64,000 nt of DNA from Anaeromyxobacter sp. GTDB lineage: Bacteria; Myxococcota; Myxococcia; Myxococcales; Anaeromyxobacteraceae. Position numbers and translations under genes: made by a program. The DNA is taken from assembly GCA_049840735.1 (NCBI GenBank), contig JASGJN010000026.1, positions 224,001-288,000 of the forward strand. The letters run 5' to 3'. The notes beneath the pieces are model-generated. The model made no database searches, was not told the origin of the DNA, and saw only the letters and a program-made list of their open reading frames with translations. This document shows positions 27,653 to 41,399 of this stretch, one piece after another; within the stretch, counting starts at the first letter, position 1, and each line of letters starts with the position of its first letter.

Positions 27653-29551
27653 TCACGCCAGCCGCGAGAACCGCCGCTGCGACTCCGGGAAGTCCACCCC
27701 CATCGCAAAGGCGCTGCCCACGCCGGCCAGCAGCGCGACCAGCAGCGCGGGCGCGTTCCAGGCCGGCAGGGGCAGCGGCGCGCTGCGGCCCACTGCCGTC
27801 ACCGCCGCGCCGCCCACCACGCTCGCCACCGCCAGCCACTGGTAGAGCCGCAGCCCCAGCAGCACCGGCGTCTGCGGCTCGCCGCGGTAGGCCTCCTCCA
27901 CGAACCGCCCCAGCCCGCCCAGCGCCAGCGACAGGCCGAAGAGCGCGTGGGCCGGGGTCTCCAGCGCCGCCAGCCGGAGCAGCACGACCGTGCAGAGCAG
28001 GTTCCAGAGCAGCGAGTAGAGCGGCGTGGGGTGGAGCGGGCGGCCGCCCAGCCCAGCCTTGGTGACGCGCGAGAGCGGGCGGCGGTAGCGGATGCCGACC
28101 TCCTCCGGCGCCTCGGCGCCGTGGCAGCAGCCCTGCACCAGGCAGCGCAGCCGGCCCACGCCCTGACCCAGCGGCGTGCCGAGGGCCATGGCCGCCAGCG
28201 TGGTCCACAGGTCCAGCCCCAGCGCCGGCGCGGCCGCGGCGGCCAGCCCTCCGCCGATCAGCCCGCCGTAGAAGCCGAACGGCCGCGAGAGGCCGCGCCC
28301 CTCGATGGCCTGGGCCCAGGCGCCGGCGCCCACGATGGCGGCCACGAACAGGACGGCGATGGCCCGCGGCCCCTGCGCCCCCATCCAGGCGGAGGCCAGG
28401 GCGAAGGCCACGAAGGTCCCCAGCCCCGCCCACAGGCCGTGGTTGATGAGCCGGACCGGCCCGACCCGCAGGTCGGCCCAGGAGTTGGCCACGGCCTCGG
28501 CGGCCCCGCGCAGCCGGGCCCAGAGCGCGGGCGCGGCGGCCACGGCGGCGTAGGCCGCCACCCCGGCGGCCAGGTCCAGCACGGCGTGCGCGCCCACCGC
28601 GGCGCAGGCGGCGATCACGCCCGCCGCCCAGGGCCAGGCCAGCCGCGTGCGCGGCGCCAGCGCCCGGGCCGCCAGCAGCGCCCAGACCACGTGGAACGAG
28701 GGCAGCGCGCAGCCGGGCGTGTCCAGCGCGCGCTCCAGCCGGATCAGCTCCGCCAGCGGGCCGGTGGCGTCGAAGGGACGCGGCGGGGCCACCAGCGGGA
28801 AGAGCAGGTAGACGGGGAAGACCAGCGCGCAGGCCAGGAGCCCGCCCGCCGCGAGCTGGCGCAGCGCGGTCCGGCTGGGCGCCAGCAGGAAGGCGAGCAG
28901 CGCGGCCGGGTAGGCGCTGGCGTAGAGCAGCTCCGCCGCCGGCAGCACCGGCCAGCCCCGCTCGAAGGCGAGCCAGGTCTCGGGCGCGCCGGCCCACGGC
29001 CCGGCCGCCGACACCAGCGCGTACAGGCCTAGCCAGGTGCCCAGCACCAGCACCGCCGCCCCGAGCCGCTCGCGCGGTCGCGGGGCGCCGTCGCCGGGCG
29101 GCGGCAGCGAGAGGAGCGGACGCGGGGGCGGGCCGAAGCGGCGGAGCAGGTCCAGCCGCTCGTGCCCCAGCACCAGGGCCGCCGCCCCGGCGGCCACCGC
29201 CGGCGTGCACAGCCAGAGCGCGGCGGGCGAGCCGGTCCAGAGCGCGCCGCCCAGCACCGCGGCGGTGAACCCGACGTAGATGGGGTGGCCCACCAGCGCG
29301 AACGGGCCGCCCACCGCCCGGCGCGGCGGCGGGAAGGCGTTCATGGGCAGCCCGCCGCCCTCGTGCCAGAGCGTGGCCCAGCCCCAGGCCATCAGCAGCA
29401 GCCCGCCGGTGGCCAGCGCCACGCCGGCGCCCGGCGCGAAGAGGGCCGGCGCGGCCACCCAGCGGTCGGCGGCGCGGGCCCAGGCCAGCAGCGCGGCCGG
29501 GAGGATCACCACGAAGAGGGCGCCGTAGAGCGCCTTGCGGATCATCGCCAT
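27653..29551 (-). CDS. Membrane fusion: PEMT/ICMT-like methyltransferase + PAP2-like + Lgt-like domains
   Basis: GPFALVGHPIYVG (PEMT-like), ALPSFHVVWA...HAVLD (PAP2-like), GRLRCLVQGCCHG, HPTPLY and RFVEEAYRG (Lgt-like). Confidence 0.75.
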   Translation of the reverse strand: MAMIRKALYGALFVVILPAALLAWARAADRWVAAPALFAPGAGVALATGGLLLMAWGWATLWHEGGGLPMNAFPPPRRAVGGPFALVGHPIYVGFTAAVLGGALWTGSPAALWLCTPAVAAGAAALVLGHERLDLLRRFGPPPRPLLSLPPPGDGAPRPRERLGAAVLVLGTWLGLYALVSAAGPWAGAPETWLAFERGWPVLPAAELLYASAYPAALLAFLLAPSRTALRQLAAGGLLACALVFPVYLLFPLVAPPRPFDATGPLAELIRLERALDTPGCALPSFHVVWALLAARALAPRTRLAWPWAAGVIAACAAVGAHAVLDLAAGVAAYAAVAAAPALWARLRGAAEAVANSWADLRVGPVRLINHGLWAGLGTFVAFALASAWMGAQGPRAIAVLFVAAIVGAGAWAQAIEGRGLSRPFGFYGGLIGGGLAAAAAPALGLDLWTTLAAMALGTPLGQGVGRLRCLVQGCCHGAEAPEEVGIRYRRPLSRVTKAGLGGRPLHPTPLYSLLWNLLCTVVLLRLAALETPAHALFGLSLALGGLGRFVEEAYRGEPQTPVLLGLRLYQWLAVASVVGGAAVTAVGRSAPLPLPAWNAPALLVALLAGVGSAFAMGVDFPESQRRFSRLA

Positions 29552-30321
29552 GTCACCACCTCGTGGATGGCCCAGCCCTCGGAGCCGTCGCAGAGCCGCG
29601 CCGGCGAGCACCACTTGGTCTCGTGCAGCCGCAGCGCGCGCCCGGGCAGCGCCTCCCGCAGCGCGGCCGGCAGCCCCGGCCCCACCGTTCGCGAGAGCCA
29701 GCCGGAGCGGAGCACGCGCCCCTCCCCCAGCGTCCCCAGCGGCTCGCCGCCCGCCCCGGTCACCCGCGCCTCGCTCACCTCGCCCAGCGGCGCCGGGCGG
29801 CCGTCGCGCAGCGCCAGCCGCGCCTGGTGCCCCTCGCCCGCCCAGTCCACCCAGGCCAAAGAGCCGGTCGCGGTGAGGATCCGCCCCCAGCGCAGGGTGT
29901 GGATGGGCAGGCGCCAGGGCGGCAGCGTGAGGCGGACGTGCTCGGCGTAGCCCAGCGCCTCGAAGCGGTCGTCACCTACCGTGAACAGCCCCGCGCCTCG
30001 CGGCACCTGGCAGGACCAGGTCACCGCCCCCTCGGCGGCGTCGAGGAAGGTGGCGGAGCCGGCCGGATCGCGCGGCGCCAGCTCGGCGCGGAACCCCAGC
30101 GCGCCGGCGGTGAAGCGGAGCCGCCCCTCGCGCAGGGCCGGCGCCTGGAAGCGGCGCAGCGCGCTGCGGTAGCGGGCCGGCTGGCCGGGCGCCGCGTCCA
30201 GGAGCCCGGTGTAGCCCAGCGCCAGCGGCCCCAGCCGCAGCCGGGCCGCGTAGGCGATCACGGCGCGCCCGCCGGCGCTGACGCCGTCCAGGTACCACTT
30301 GTCGAGCGTGAAGGCCGCCAT
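29542..30321 (-). CDS. Hypothetical protein (possible CrtC/tocopherol cyclase-like beta fold)
   Basis: KWYLDGVS...GYAEH..LTLPPW..WGR; overlaps the start of the downstream fusion gene. Confidence 0.55.
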   Translation of the reverse strand: MAAFTLDKWYLDGVSAGGRAVIAYAARLRLGPLALGYTGLLDAAPGQPARYRSALRRFQAPALREGRLRFTAGALGFRAELAPRDPAGSATFLDAAEGAVTWSCQVPRGAGLFTVGDDRFEALGYAEHVRLTLPPWRLPIHTLRWGRILTATGSLAWVDWAGEGHQARLALRDGRPAPLGEVSEARVTGAGGEPLGTLGEGRVLRSGWLSRTVGPGLPAALREALPGRALRLHETKWCSPARLCDGSEGWAIHEVVTWR

Positions 30322-30484
30322 GGACTCCGCCGAGGCTACCGCGCCTGCCCCGGACCCGGCATAACTTCCAGTCCCACGCACCCTGGACGCGGCGTGAACG
30401 ACCGCGACCGTGTCGCGGCCGGGAGCGCAGGGCGCACCTTTGCCACCTTGCGCCGCCGGCGTGCGCTCGGGCAGGCTGCGCCGC

Positions 30485-31183
30485 ATGAAGCTCTCCGCCC
30501 TCGCGGTGCTCGCCGCCTGCACGCTGCTCCCCGGCCTCGCCGCCGCCCAGTTCGATCCCAACCAGCCGGTCCCGGCGCAGCCGGCCGCGCCGCTCCCGCC
30601 GCCGCCGCCGGGCCGGCAGCTGGCCCCGCCGCCCGCGCCGCCGCCGGTCCAGCCCTGGGCGTTCGTGGCCAGCTGCGGGTTCGACCTGGGCTCGACCACG
30701 ATCGTGCAGGTCTACATGGACGACGGCACGAAGCAGAAGCTCAAGGCCAACGAGGGCTTCTTCCTCTCCGCCGGCGCCGCCTTCCTGCGGGCGCCGGTGA
30801 AGGAGGCGCTCTTCGACACCGTGGCCACCATCGGCTTCAAGGGCTGGACCGTGGGCGGCGACAACGCCGACTTCCACTCCTATGCCTTCCCGCTCGAGGT
30901 CATGGAGCGCGTCCAGCTCCGCTGGTTCCGCGCCGGCGCCGGCTTCACCTACCAGATGGGCGGCAAGATCAACGGCCGCGGCGACTTCGACGCGTACGAC
31001 GTCTCGCTGGAGAACAGCCTCGGCTTCCTGGGCGAGGTGGGCTGGGTGAGCAGCCCGTCCATGACCGGCGGCCGCTGGAACGTGGGAATGCGCGTCCTGG
31101 CCCAGGACCTGACCGACGAGGCCACCGGCGTCTCGGTCGACGCCAGCACCGTGGGCTTCGTGCTGGGGTGGCAGTCGAACTGA
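30485..31183 (+). CDS. Outer-membrane beta-barrel protein
   Basis: Signal peptide, Pro-rich linker, alternating amphipathic strands, C-terminal aromatic (VGFVLGWQSN). Confidence 0.7.
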   Translation: MKLSALAVLAACTLLPGLAAAQFDPNQPVPAQPAAPLPPPPPGRQLAPPPAPPPVQPWAFVASCGFDLGSTTIVQVYMDDGTKQKLKANEGFFLSAGAAFLRAPVKEALFDTVATIGFKGWTVGGDNADFHSYAFPLEVMERVQLRWFRAGAGFTYQMGGKINGRGDFDAYDVSLENSLGFLGEVGWVSSPSMTGGRWNVGMRVLAQDLTDEATGVSVDASTVGFVLGWQSN

Positions 31184-31224
31184 GCGGCGGGCCGGGCGCG
31201 CCGAGTAGGCACGCGCTCCAGCGG

Positions 31225-31420
31225 GCCCTTCGACTCCGCCGCGGCGGTGCCGCGGCTACGCTCAGGGCGAACGGTCCACCCGGACCGTTCGGGCTGAGCG
31301 TAGCGAGCCCCCCGGGCTCGCGAAGTCGAAGCCCAGGCACGGGATCACGCGCGGCAGCCACCCGGACCGTTCGGGCTGAGCGTAGCGAGCCCCCCGGGCT
31401 CGCGAAGTCGAAGCCCAGGC
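31225..31420. repeat. Three REP-like units (one inverted, two direct copies)
   Basis: CCCTTCGACTCCG...GCTACGCTCAGGGCGAACGG, then two copies of CCGTTCGGGCTGAGCGTAGCGAGCCCCCCGGGCTCGCGAAGTCGAAGCCC. Confidence 0.8.
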
Positions 31421-31424
31421 CGTG

Positions 31425-32513
31425 CTAGCGCCCGCACAGCGCCGGCCGCGCCGCCTCCACCAGCTCGTCCACCCACTCGATCACCGCCTCCACGCGCGGC
31501 GTGTGGCGCAGGTCGCCGTGGACCAGCAGCCAGAGCTCGTGCGGCGGCACCGGCTCGGGCGTGGTGAGCGGCACCAGGTCGCCTGCGGCCTCGGCCACGA
31601 AGCAGGGGAGCACCGCCACCCCGGCGCCGGCCCGCACCGCGGCGTGGAGCGAGGCGGTGCTGTTGCAGCGGAAGACCACGTTGCGCGCCGGCCCCACCCG
31701 CTGCAGCCAGACCTCCTGCGGCACCGAGACCAGCGACTCCTCGAAGCCCACGAACGCGTCGCGCTCGAAGTCCACCGGGCGCGCGCGCGTGGCGCCCAGG
31801 TAGCCGGGCGAGGCGTAGAGCCGGTAGGCCACCTCGGAGAGCTTGCGCGTCACCAGGCCGGGCGAGCGGGGCCGGCCCATGCGCAGGGCCAGGTCCGCCT
31901 CGCGCTTGGTGAGGTCGAAGGTGCGCTGGTCGGCCGCCACCTCCAGCACCAGCGCCGGGTGGCGCGCCCGCAGCGCCGGGACGCGCGGGGCCAGCAGGTG
32001 GGCCGCGATGTGCGTGGCGGTGGTGAGCCGCACGCTGCCCGAGACGGTCCGGTCGCGCGCGTCCACGTGGCGCGCCAGCGCCAGCACGTCCTCCTCCACC
32101 CGCGAGGCCAGCGCGGCCAGCTCCTCGCCGGCCGCGGTGCGGGTCCAGCCCTGCGGCCCCCGCTCGTAGAGCGGCAGCCCCAGCTCCTCCTCCAGCGCCG
32201 CCACCCGGCGCGCCACCGTGTTGCGGTCCACGCCCAGCTGCCGCGCCGCCTGCCCCAGGCTGCCGGTGCGCGCCAGCGCCAGGAAGAAGCGCAGGTGGCC
32301 CCAGTCCAGCGTGCCGGCGGAGCGAGGGGGTTCGGCGGCGGGCGCGCGCAGTGGTGCCGCGGCCGGCGCCCGAGGCGTCGCGGCGCCGTCTGCGCGAGCT
32401 GGCCCAGCCGGCTCCGCGCGCGGTGAGCCTGTCGAACCGCGAGCGGGTCCCGCCCCCGTGCGTTCATGCGCGGGGCCAGCGCTCCGCTGCGCCTTCTGGC
32501 GAGCCTTCGGCAT
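31425..32513 (-). CDS. LysR-family transcriptional regulator with low-complexity N-terminal extension (start uncertain)
   Basis: LDWGHLRFFLALARTGSLGQAARQLGVDRNTVARRVAALEEELG; substrate-binding domain with LTKREADLALR. Confidence 0.9.
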   Translation of the reverse strand: MPKARQKAQRSAGPAHERTGAGPARGSTGSPRAEPAGPARADGAATPRAPAAAPLRAPAAEPPRSAGTLDWGHLRFFLALARTGSLGQAARQLGVDRNTVARRVAALEEELGLPLYERGPQGWTRTAAGEELAALASRVEEDVLALARHVDARDRTVSGSVRLTTATHIAAHLLAPRVPALRARHPALVLEVAADQRTFDLTKREADLALRMGRPRSPGLVTRKLSEVAYRLYASPGYLGATRARPVDFERDAFVGFEESLVSVPQEVWLQRVGPARNVVFRCNSTASLHAAVRAGAGVAVLPCFVAEAAGDLVPLTTPEPVPPHELWLLVHGDLRHTPRVEAVIEWVDELVEAARPALCGR

Positions 32514-32545
32514 CTGTAGATCACCACCACGAAAGGAGATGGCCC

Positions 32546-32821
32546 ATGACCTCTCACATCGGGAACGGAACGGCAGCTACCGCTTGGGGTGAAACGTACC
32601 GGGTGCCTCGCGCGGCGAGGGCGCGGCGGGCGGCCTGGCTGCGGCCGGCCCCGGCAGGAACGCCCGTCCCGCTGGCCTGGCCGTCGCGCCCGCCGGCGTT
32701 CCGGGTGAGCGGCGGCCCCCGCACCGCCGCGCTGGGCTTCGGCCTGCTGGCGGTGGCCTGGGTCACGCTCTGGGCCGTCTTCATCGCCGGCGTGGTCCTG
32801 CCGGCGGCGAGCCTGGGGTGA
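32546..32821 (+). CDS. Small hypothetical protein with C-terminal TM helix
   Basis: AAAGGAG RBS; hydrophobic C-terminus; divergent from LysR. Confidence 0.5.
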   Translation: MTSHIGNGTAATAWGETYRVPRAARARRAAWLRPAPAGTPVPLAWPSRPPAFRVSGGPRTAALGFGLLAVAWVTLWAVFIAGVVLPAASLG

Positions 32822-32968
32822 GGCGCGCCACCGGTGGTGCATGTCGCCGTGCCGTGGGCGAGCCCTACACCCGGCCCGGCGCCCGCAGCGGGGCTGTCCG
32901 CGCCCGGGCGCCGTGCCGACGATTCACCGCGGGTGTCGCGCGCACGCGTGCGGCCCCGGGGGTGGGCG

Positions 32969-33658
32969 ATGGACGAGGATGGGGGCGCGACCTCGCAGCT
33001 GGACCTGTTCCGGGCCGATCTGGAGAAGTACTACCGGCTCCACTTCGGCAGCAGCTCGCCCCCGCTGCGCAAGCGCGCGGCCCTCTGGGTCTCCCACCTC
33101 GGGCTGCACTGCGTGGCCGCGCACCGGCTGGCCCGCCAGGCCCGGTCCACCGCCGCGCGGCGGCGCTGGGCCGCCCCGGCGCTGCTGGGGCTGGCGCGGG
33201 TGGTCGAGCACGGGATGGAGCTCGTCCACCACGTCCGCATCAGCGCCGAGGTCGGACCCGGCTTCTACATCGGCCACGCCGGGATGATCTTCATCGGCCC
33301 CACGCGCATCGGCCGGAACTTCAGCGTCACCCACGGCGTGACCATCGGCGTGGGGCAGGCGGTGGGCGCCAAGGGGACGCCGGTGGTGGGCGACGACGTC
33401 TGGGTCGGCACCGGGTCGGTCCTGGCCGGCGCCATCGAGGTCGGCGACGGGGCCACCGTGGTGACCGGCTCGGTCGTGACGCGGGCCGTGCCGCGCAGCG
33501 CGCTGGTGGCCGGCAACCCGGCGCGGGTGGTCATGCTGGGCTACGACAACGCCGACCTGCTGGGCGGGAGCGGCTCGACGCGCTGGCGGGGCGCCCCGGC
33601 GCCCGAGCCGGCCGCGCCCCCGGCGGTGGAGCAGGCGGGCAGGCGCGGCGTGGGGTGA
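32969..33658 (+). CDS. Serine acetyltransferase-like hexapeptide-repeat protein
   Basis: VGPGFYIGH, HGVTIG, PVVGDDVWVGTGS, AGNPARVV. Confidence 0.85.
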   Translation: MDEDGGATSQLDLFRADLEKYYRLHFGSSSPPLRKRAALWVSHLGLHCVAAHRLARQARSTAARRRWAAPALLGLARVVEHGMELVHHVRISAEVGPGFYIGHAGMIFIGPTRIGRNFSVTHGVTIGVGQAVGAKGTPVVGDDVWVGTGSVLAGAIEVGDGATVVTGSVVTRAVPRSALVAGNPARVVMLGYDNADLLGGSGSTRWRGAPAPEPAAPPAVEQAGRRGVG

Positions 33659-35157
33659 GCTGAGGGCGCCGGCGTGCGCGCCAGGCGCGCCCGGTACCTC
33701 AGGTGCCGCCGCCGCGACAGCTCGACCAGCGGCGCCCAGACCGCGCGCGTGAGCCGCCAGCGGATCAGGTGGCGCCACAGACCGTTGGCGCGCTTGTAGA
33801 GCAGCGCCATGACCAGGTAGGGCAGCACGGCGCTGGCCTGGCGCGGGCGGCGCCGCCAGATGGACGCGAGGGAGTAGAGCCGCCGGTACATCCAGGCGCG
33901 CCCCGCCTCCAGCTCCTCCGGGCGCAGCAGGCGCGGGCGGAAGACGCAGTGGCCGGTGTCGTAGCGCGACCAGTCGCGGTGCAGGATCCGCCCCTCCGCC
34001 TCCAGCCGCGCGAAGAGCGGCGTGCCAGGGTAGGGCGTGAGGATGTGCAGCGTGGCGCTCTCCAGCCGCACCTCCTCGATCCAGCGGGCGGTCCGCTCGA
34101 AGACGTCGGGGCCGTCGCCGTCGAACCCCAGCACGAAGCTGCCGTTCACCTGGATGCCGTGCCGGTGCAGGAGCTCCACCCGCCGCGCGTAGTCGTCGGC
34201 GCGTGGCGTGCGCTTCCCGGCCGCCTGCAGGTTGCCGTCGTCCAGGCTCTCGAACCCGATGAAGACGCCGGTGCAGCCGGCCAGCGCCAGCTCGCGCACC
34301 AGCGCCGGGTCGTCGGTGACGTCCAGCGTCACCGCGGCGCTCCAGATCTTCTGCAGCGGCGCCAGGGCGCGGCACAGGTCGCGCAGATAGGTGCGGCTGG
34401 CGCCCAGGTTGTTGTCGATGAAGACGGCGTAGGGCGCGCCGGTGGCGGCCAGCTCGGCGGCGACCGTCGCCACCGGCCGGCGCTCGTAGGGGATCCGCTC
34501 GTCGCCGGTGGCGAGGTAGCAGAAGTCGCAGCGGTTGGTGCAGCCCTGGGTGGCGATCAGGCTGGCGGTGGTGAGGAAGCCCCAGCGCGGCAGGATGGAG
34601 CGGTCCGGGAGCGGCGCGTCGGCGTGGCCGCGGAAGCCGGCGTGGTAGCGGCGCGCCAGCTGGCCGGCCTCGAGGTCCGCCAGGATGCGCGGCCAGGTGC
34701 GGGTGCCGTCGCCGGTGGCCAGCACGTCGGCGTGCGCGGCCACCTCGTCCGGGCAGGACTGCGCGTGGAGCCCGCCCAGCACCACCAGGCAGCCGTGGGC
34801 CCGGAACCAGGCCGCCAGCGCGTAGGCTCGCGCCGCGAAGGTGAGGTGGACGGTGATCCCGACCACCTGCGGCAGCGGGTCGAGCGGCGGCGCGCCCTGG
34901 CCCAGGTTCTCGTCCCAGAACGAGACGTGCCAGCCCGGCGGCGTGGCGCCGGCCACGCTGGTCAGCGCCAGCGAGGGCGTGAGCACGTGCTTGGCGGCGC
35001 TGGCGCAGGGGTCCTTCGGATAGAAGGGGTTCACCAGCAGCGCCGTGCGCGGGACCGGCCGGCCAGGGCTCCGGCTCCCGTTCGCCCTGAGCCTGTCGAA
35101 GGGCGGACGGGGCGGCGGAGGGAGCGGGGGCGGGTCTCGCAGCAGGTCGAAGGCCAT
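33541..35157 (-). CDS. B12-binding radical SAM protein (3' end overlaps the convergent gene)
   Basis: VVLGGLHA cobalamin-binding region, CTNRCDFC, FIGFES, TPYPGTPL. Confidence 0.9.
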   Translation of the reverse strand: MAFDLLRDPPPLPPPPRPPFDRLRANGSRSPGRPVPRTALLVNPFYPKDPCASAAKHVLTPSLALTSVAGATPPGWHVSFWDENLGQGAPPLDPLPQVVGITVHLTFAARAYALAAWFRAHGCLVVLGGLHAQSCPDEVAAHADVLATGDGTRTWPRILADLEAGQLARRYHAGFRGHADAPLPDRSILPRWGFLTTASLIATQGCTNRCDFCYLATGDERIPYERRPVATVAAELAATGAPYAVFIDNNLGASRTYLRDLCRALAPLQKIWSAAVTLDVTDDPALVRELALAGCTGVFIGFESLDDGNLQAAGKRTPRADDYARRVELLHRHGIQVNGSFVLGFDGDGPDVFERTARWIEEVRLESATLHILTPYPGTPLFARLEAEGRILHRDWSRYDTGHCVFRPRLLRPEELEAGRAWMYRRLYSLASIWRRRPRQASAVLPYLVMALLYKRANGLWRHLIRWRLTRAVWAPLVELSRRRHLRYRARLARTPAPSAHPTPRLPACSTAGGAAGSGAGAPRQRVEPLPPSRSALS

Positions 35158-35342
35158 GCGTTCCTCGCCTCGGCGCGAGCGTGCCCCGGCCTGTGGGCCC
35201 GGCACCACCCGCGCTGTGTCCGGGGGCCCACGACCCCCCACGTTCCGCGCCCTTGCGCGGTGCGTGCACCCGAACTGCAAGGCGGGTGCCCGGCGGCGGG
35301 AGGGCCGATTGGCCAGGAGCCCGCCCGCCCGTTCGCCCCGCC

Positions 35343-35393
35343 CCCGTTCGCCCTGAGCGTAGCGCCCGCGTAGCGGGCGCGGAGTCGAAGGGC
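35343..35393. repeat. REP-like palindromic repeat
   Basis: CCGTTCGCCCTGAGCGTAGCGCCCGCGTAGCGGGCGCGGAGTCGAAGGGC. Confidence 0.8.
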
Positions 35394-35475
35394 AGGGACT
35401 TCCAGGGCAGGGATTCACCCCGAGCGGACCCAGCGGGCAATCGATCAGGGCCGGGCCGGGTCGCAGATTGCGTCC

Positions 35476-39413
<3,938 letters not shown>

Positions 39414-39561
39414 GTGAAAACCTCGTGTGTTTGTGCCGTACCGGGCTTGGACGCCGGGAGGTTTATCAGAATCCCGGAGCTTTGGGATCGTGACACGGTG
39501 CTCCAGGCTCCCCGCGGCAGAAGCGCGCGGTTGTCCGGGACGGCAGGCGCCAACCGGGGCC

Positions 39562-40773
39562 CTACCCCGGCGTCAGTCGCAGGAGCCTCCCGTCGTCCTC
39601 GTCGGTGAGCAGGTATAGCGCGCCGTCCGGGCCCTGCAGGACCTCGCGGATCCGCGCCCGCAGCCCGGTCAACAGGCGTTCCTCCGCGACCACCCGTTCG
39701 CCGTCGAGCACCAGCCGGACGAGCGCCTGGCGCGACAGGCTGCCCAGGAGCGCGTTGCCGCGCCAGCCGGGGAAGAGGTCGCCCGAGTAGAGAATCAGGC
39801 TGGAGGGCGAGATGGAAGGGTCCCAGTAGTAGACCGGCTGCTCGAGCCCTGGGGCCTGCGGCGAGGCGTGGATGGCCCGCCCGTCGTACTCCTCGCCGTA
39901 GCCGATGGTGGGCCAGCCGTAGTCCTTCCCGGCCGCGATCAGGTTGAGCTCGTCGCCGCCGCGCGGCCCCATCTCCGCCGCCCAGAGCCGCCCCTGCGCG
40001 TCGAGCGCGGCCCCCAGCACGTTGCGGTGGCCCAGCGTCCAGATCTCCGGGCGGGCGCCGGCCCGGCCGACGAAGGGGTTGTCCTGGGGGATGGTCCCGT
40101 CCGGCCGGATGCGGACAATCTTGCCCAGGTCGCTCCCCAGGTCGCGCGCCTGCCTCCGCCCCTCCAGGATCGAGCGCTCACCCAGCGTGACGAAGAGGTT
40201 CCCGTCCGGCGCGAAGACCAGCCGGCCGCCGGCGTGCTTGGTGGAGTCGAGCGTCGGCTCCATGCGGAAGATGACCTGCACCCCGTCCACGCGCGGGCTC
40301 TGCCCGTCCACCAGCCGCCCCCGCGCCACCGCCAGCCCGTTCCCGCCGGTGCGCGGCTCGTAGTAGCTCCAGTAGACGAGGCCGCTGGTCGCGTAGTCCG
40401 GCCCCAGCGCCACGTCGAGCAGGCCGCCCTGGTCGCGACCGTCCACCTTGGGCAGCCCCGCCACCGCCGGCGAGCGCTGGCCCGCCGTGGTCACGACGAA
40501 GAGCCTGCCGGTGGGCTTCTCCGTCACCAGCAGCCGACCGTCGGGGAGGAAGGCCAGCGCCCAGGGCTGATCGAGGCCGCGCGCCAGCTCCGTCACCTTG
40601 ACCGGCGTGGCCTGCGCCACCGCCGGCGCCCGCGTCTGGCCGGGGAAGGCCGGGTGGAACTCGGGGACGTTGGGCGGCCCGTCGTCGATGGGCGCGCCGG
40701 CCGGCGGGCGGACCGCGGGGGCTGCGCCGCAGGCGCAGAGGAGCAGCAGGAAGAAGGAGCGCGACGCGGGCAT
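39562..40773 (-). CDS. PQQ-dependent aldose sugar dehydrogenase (GSDH/YliI-like), probable lipoprotein
   Basis: LLLLCAC lipobox-like, [38 protein letters not shown]. Confidence 0.9.
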   Translation of the reverse strand: MPASRSFFLLLLCACGAAPAVRPPAGAPIDDGPPNVPEFHPAFPGQTRAPAVAQATPVKVTELARGLDQPWALAFLPDGRLLVTEKPTGRLFVVTTAGQRSPAVAGLPKVDGRDQGGLLDVALGPDYATSGLVYWSYYEPRTGGNGLAVARGRLVDGQSPRVDGVQVIFRMEPTLDSTKHAGGRLVFAPDGNLFVTLGERSILEGRRQARDLGSDLGKIVRIRPDGTIPQDNPFVGRAGARPEIWTLGHRNVLGAALDAQGRLWAAEMGPRGGDELNLIAAGKDYGWPTIGYGEEYDGRAIHASPQAPGLEQPVYYWDPSISPSSLILYSGDLFPGWRGNALLGSLSRQALVRLVLDGERVVAEERLLTGLRARIREVLQGPDGALYLLTDEDDGRLLRLTPG

Positions 40774-40847
40774 GGCGCCAAGGATGGCGGCGCCACGCCC
40801 GCGCCGCACGGTCCAGGCGAGGCGGGCGGTCCAGGCGGGCTGCGCCC

Positions 40848-40898
40848 CCCGTTCGTTCTGGGCGTAGCTGCAACGGAGCGGCAGCGAGGTCGAAGGAC
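40848..40898. repeat. Degenerate REP-like repeat
   Basis: CCGTTCGTTCTGGGCGTAGCTGC...GGTCGAAGGAC. Confidence 0.6.
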
Positions 40899-40905
40899 AG
40901 GGAGC

Positions 40906-41187
40906 TCACGTGTGCTGCCGTGCCTCCAGGTCGCGCCGCGCGTCCACCAGCGTCGTGTCGCGCGTCCGGAGCCGCGGTGCCACGAACGCCAGCGCCAGGC
41001 CGGCAAGCCCCACCAGCGCGTAGACCGCCCGCGCCACCGCGCTCGACGGGGTGCTGCTCGAGCTCCCGAACAGCGCGCGCACCAGGTCGAAGTCGAAGAA
41101 GCCGACCAGCCCCCAGTTCAGCGCGCCGATGATCGACAGCCACAGGACCAGCTGCGCGAACGCGTTCCTGCCCTCGTGCTTGGCCAT
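40906..41187 (-). CDS. DUF378 domain small membrane protein
   Basis: IIGALNWGLVGFFDFDLVRALFG...VYALVGLAG. Confidence 0.85.
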   Translation of the reverse strand: MAKHEGRNAFAQLVLWLSIIGALNWGLVGFFDFDLVRALFGSSSSTPSSAVARAVYALVGLAGLALAFVAPRLRTRDTTLVDARRDLEARQHT

Positions 41188-41339
41188 TGATGCCCCCTCC
41201 CGGAAGCGCCTCGCAGCGCCCCGAATTGCTTCGTCCGCGGAAAGGGTGGGTATCGCCCAGCGGCCCGCAAGGGACCGGGGCTCAGGGGCGTGGAGTGCAG
41301 AGGGCCAGGCAAGCGCGCCAGGCCGCGAGGCGTCTAGCC

Positions 41340-41390
41340 CCGTTCGTCCTGAGCGTAGCTGCCGCGAAGCGGCAGCGGAGTCGAGGGACA
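41340..41390. repeat. REP-like palindromic repeat
   Basis: CCGTTCGTCCTGAGCGTAGCTGCCGCGAAGCGGCAGCGGAGTCGAGGGAC. Confidence 0.75.
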
Positions 41391-41399
41391 GGGCCCCGG

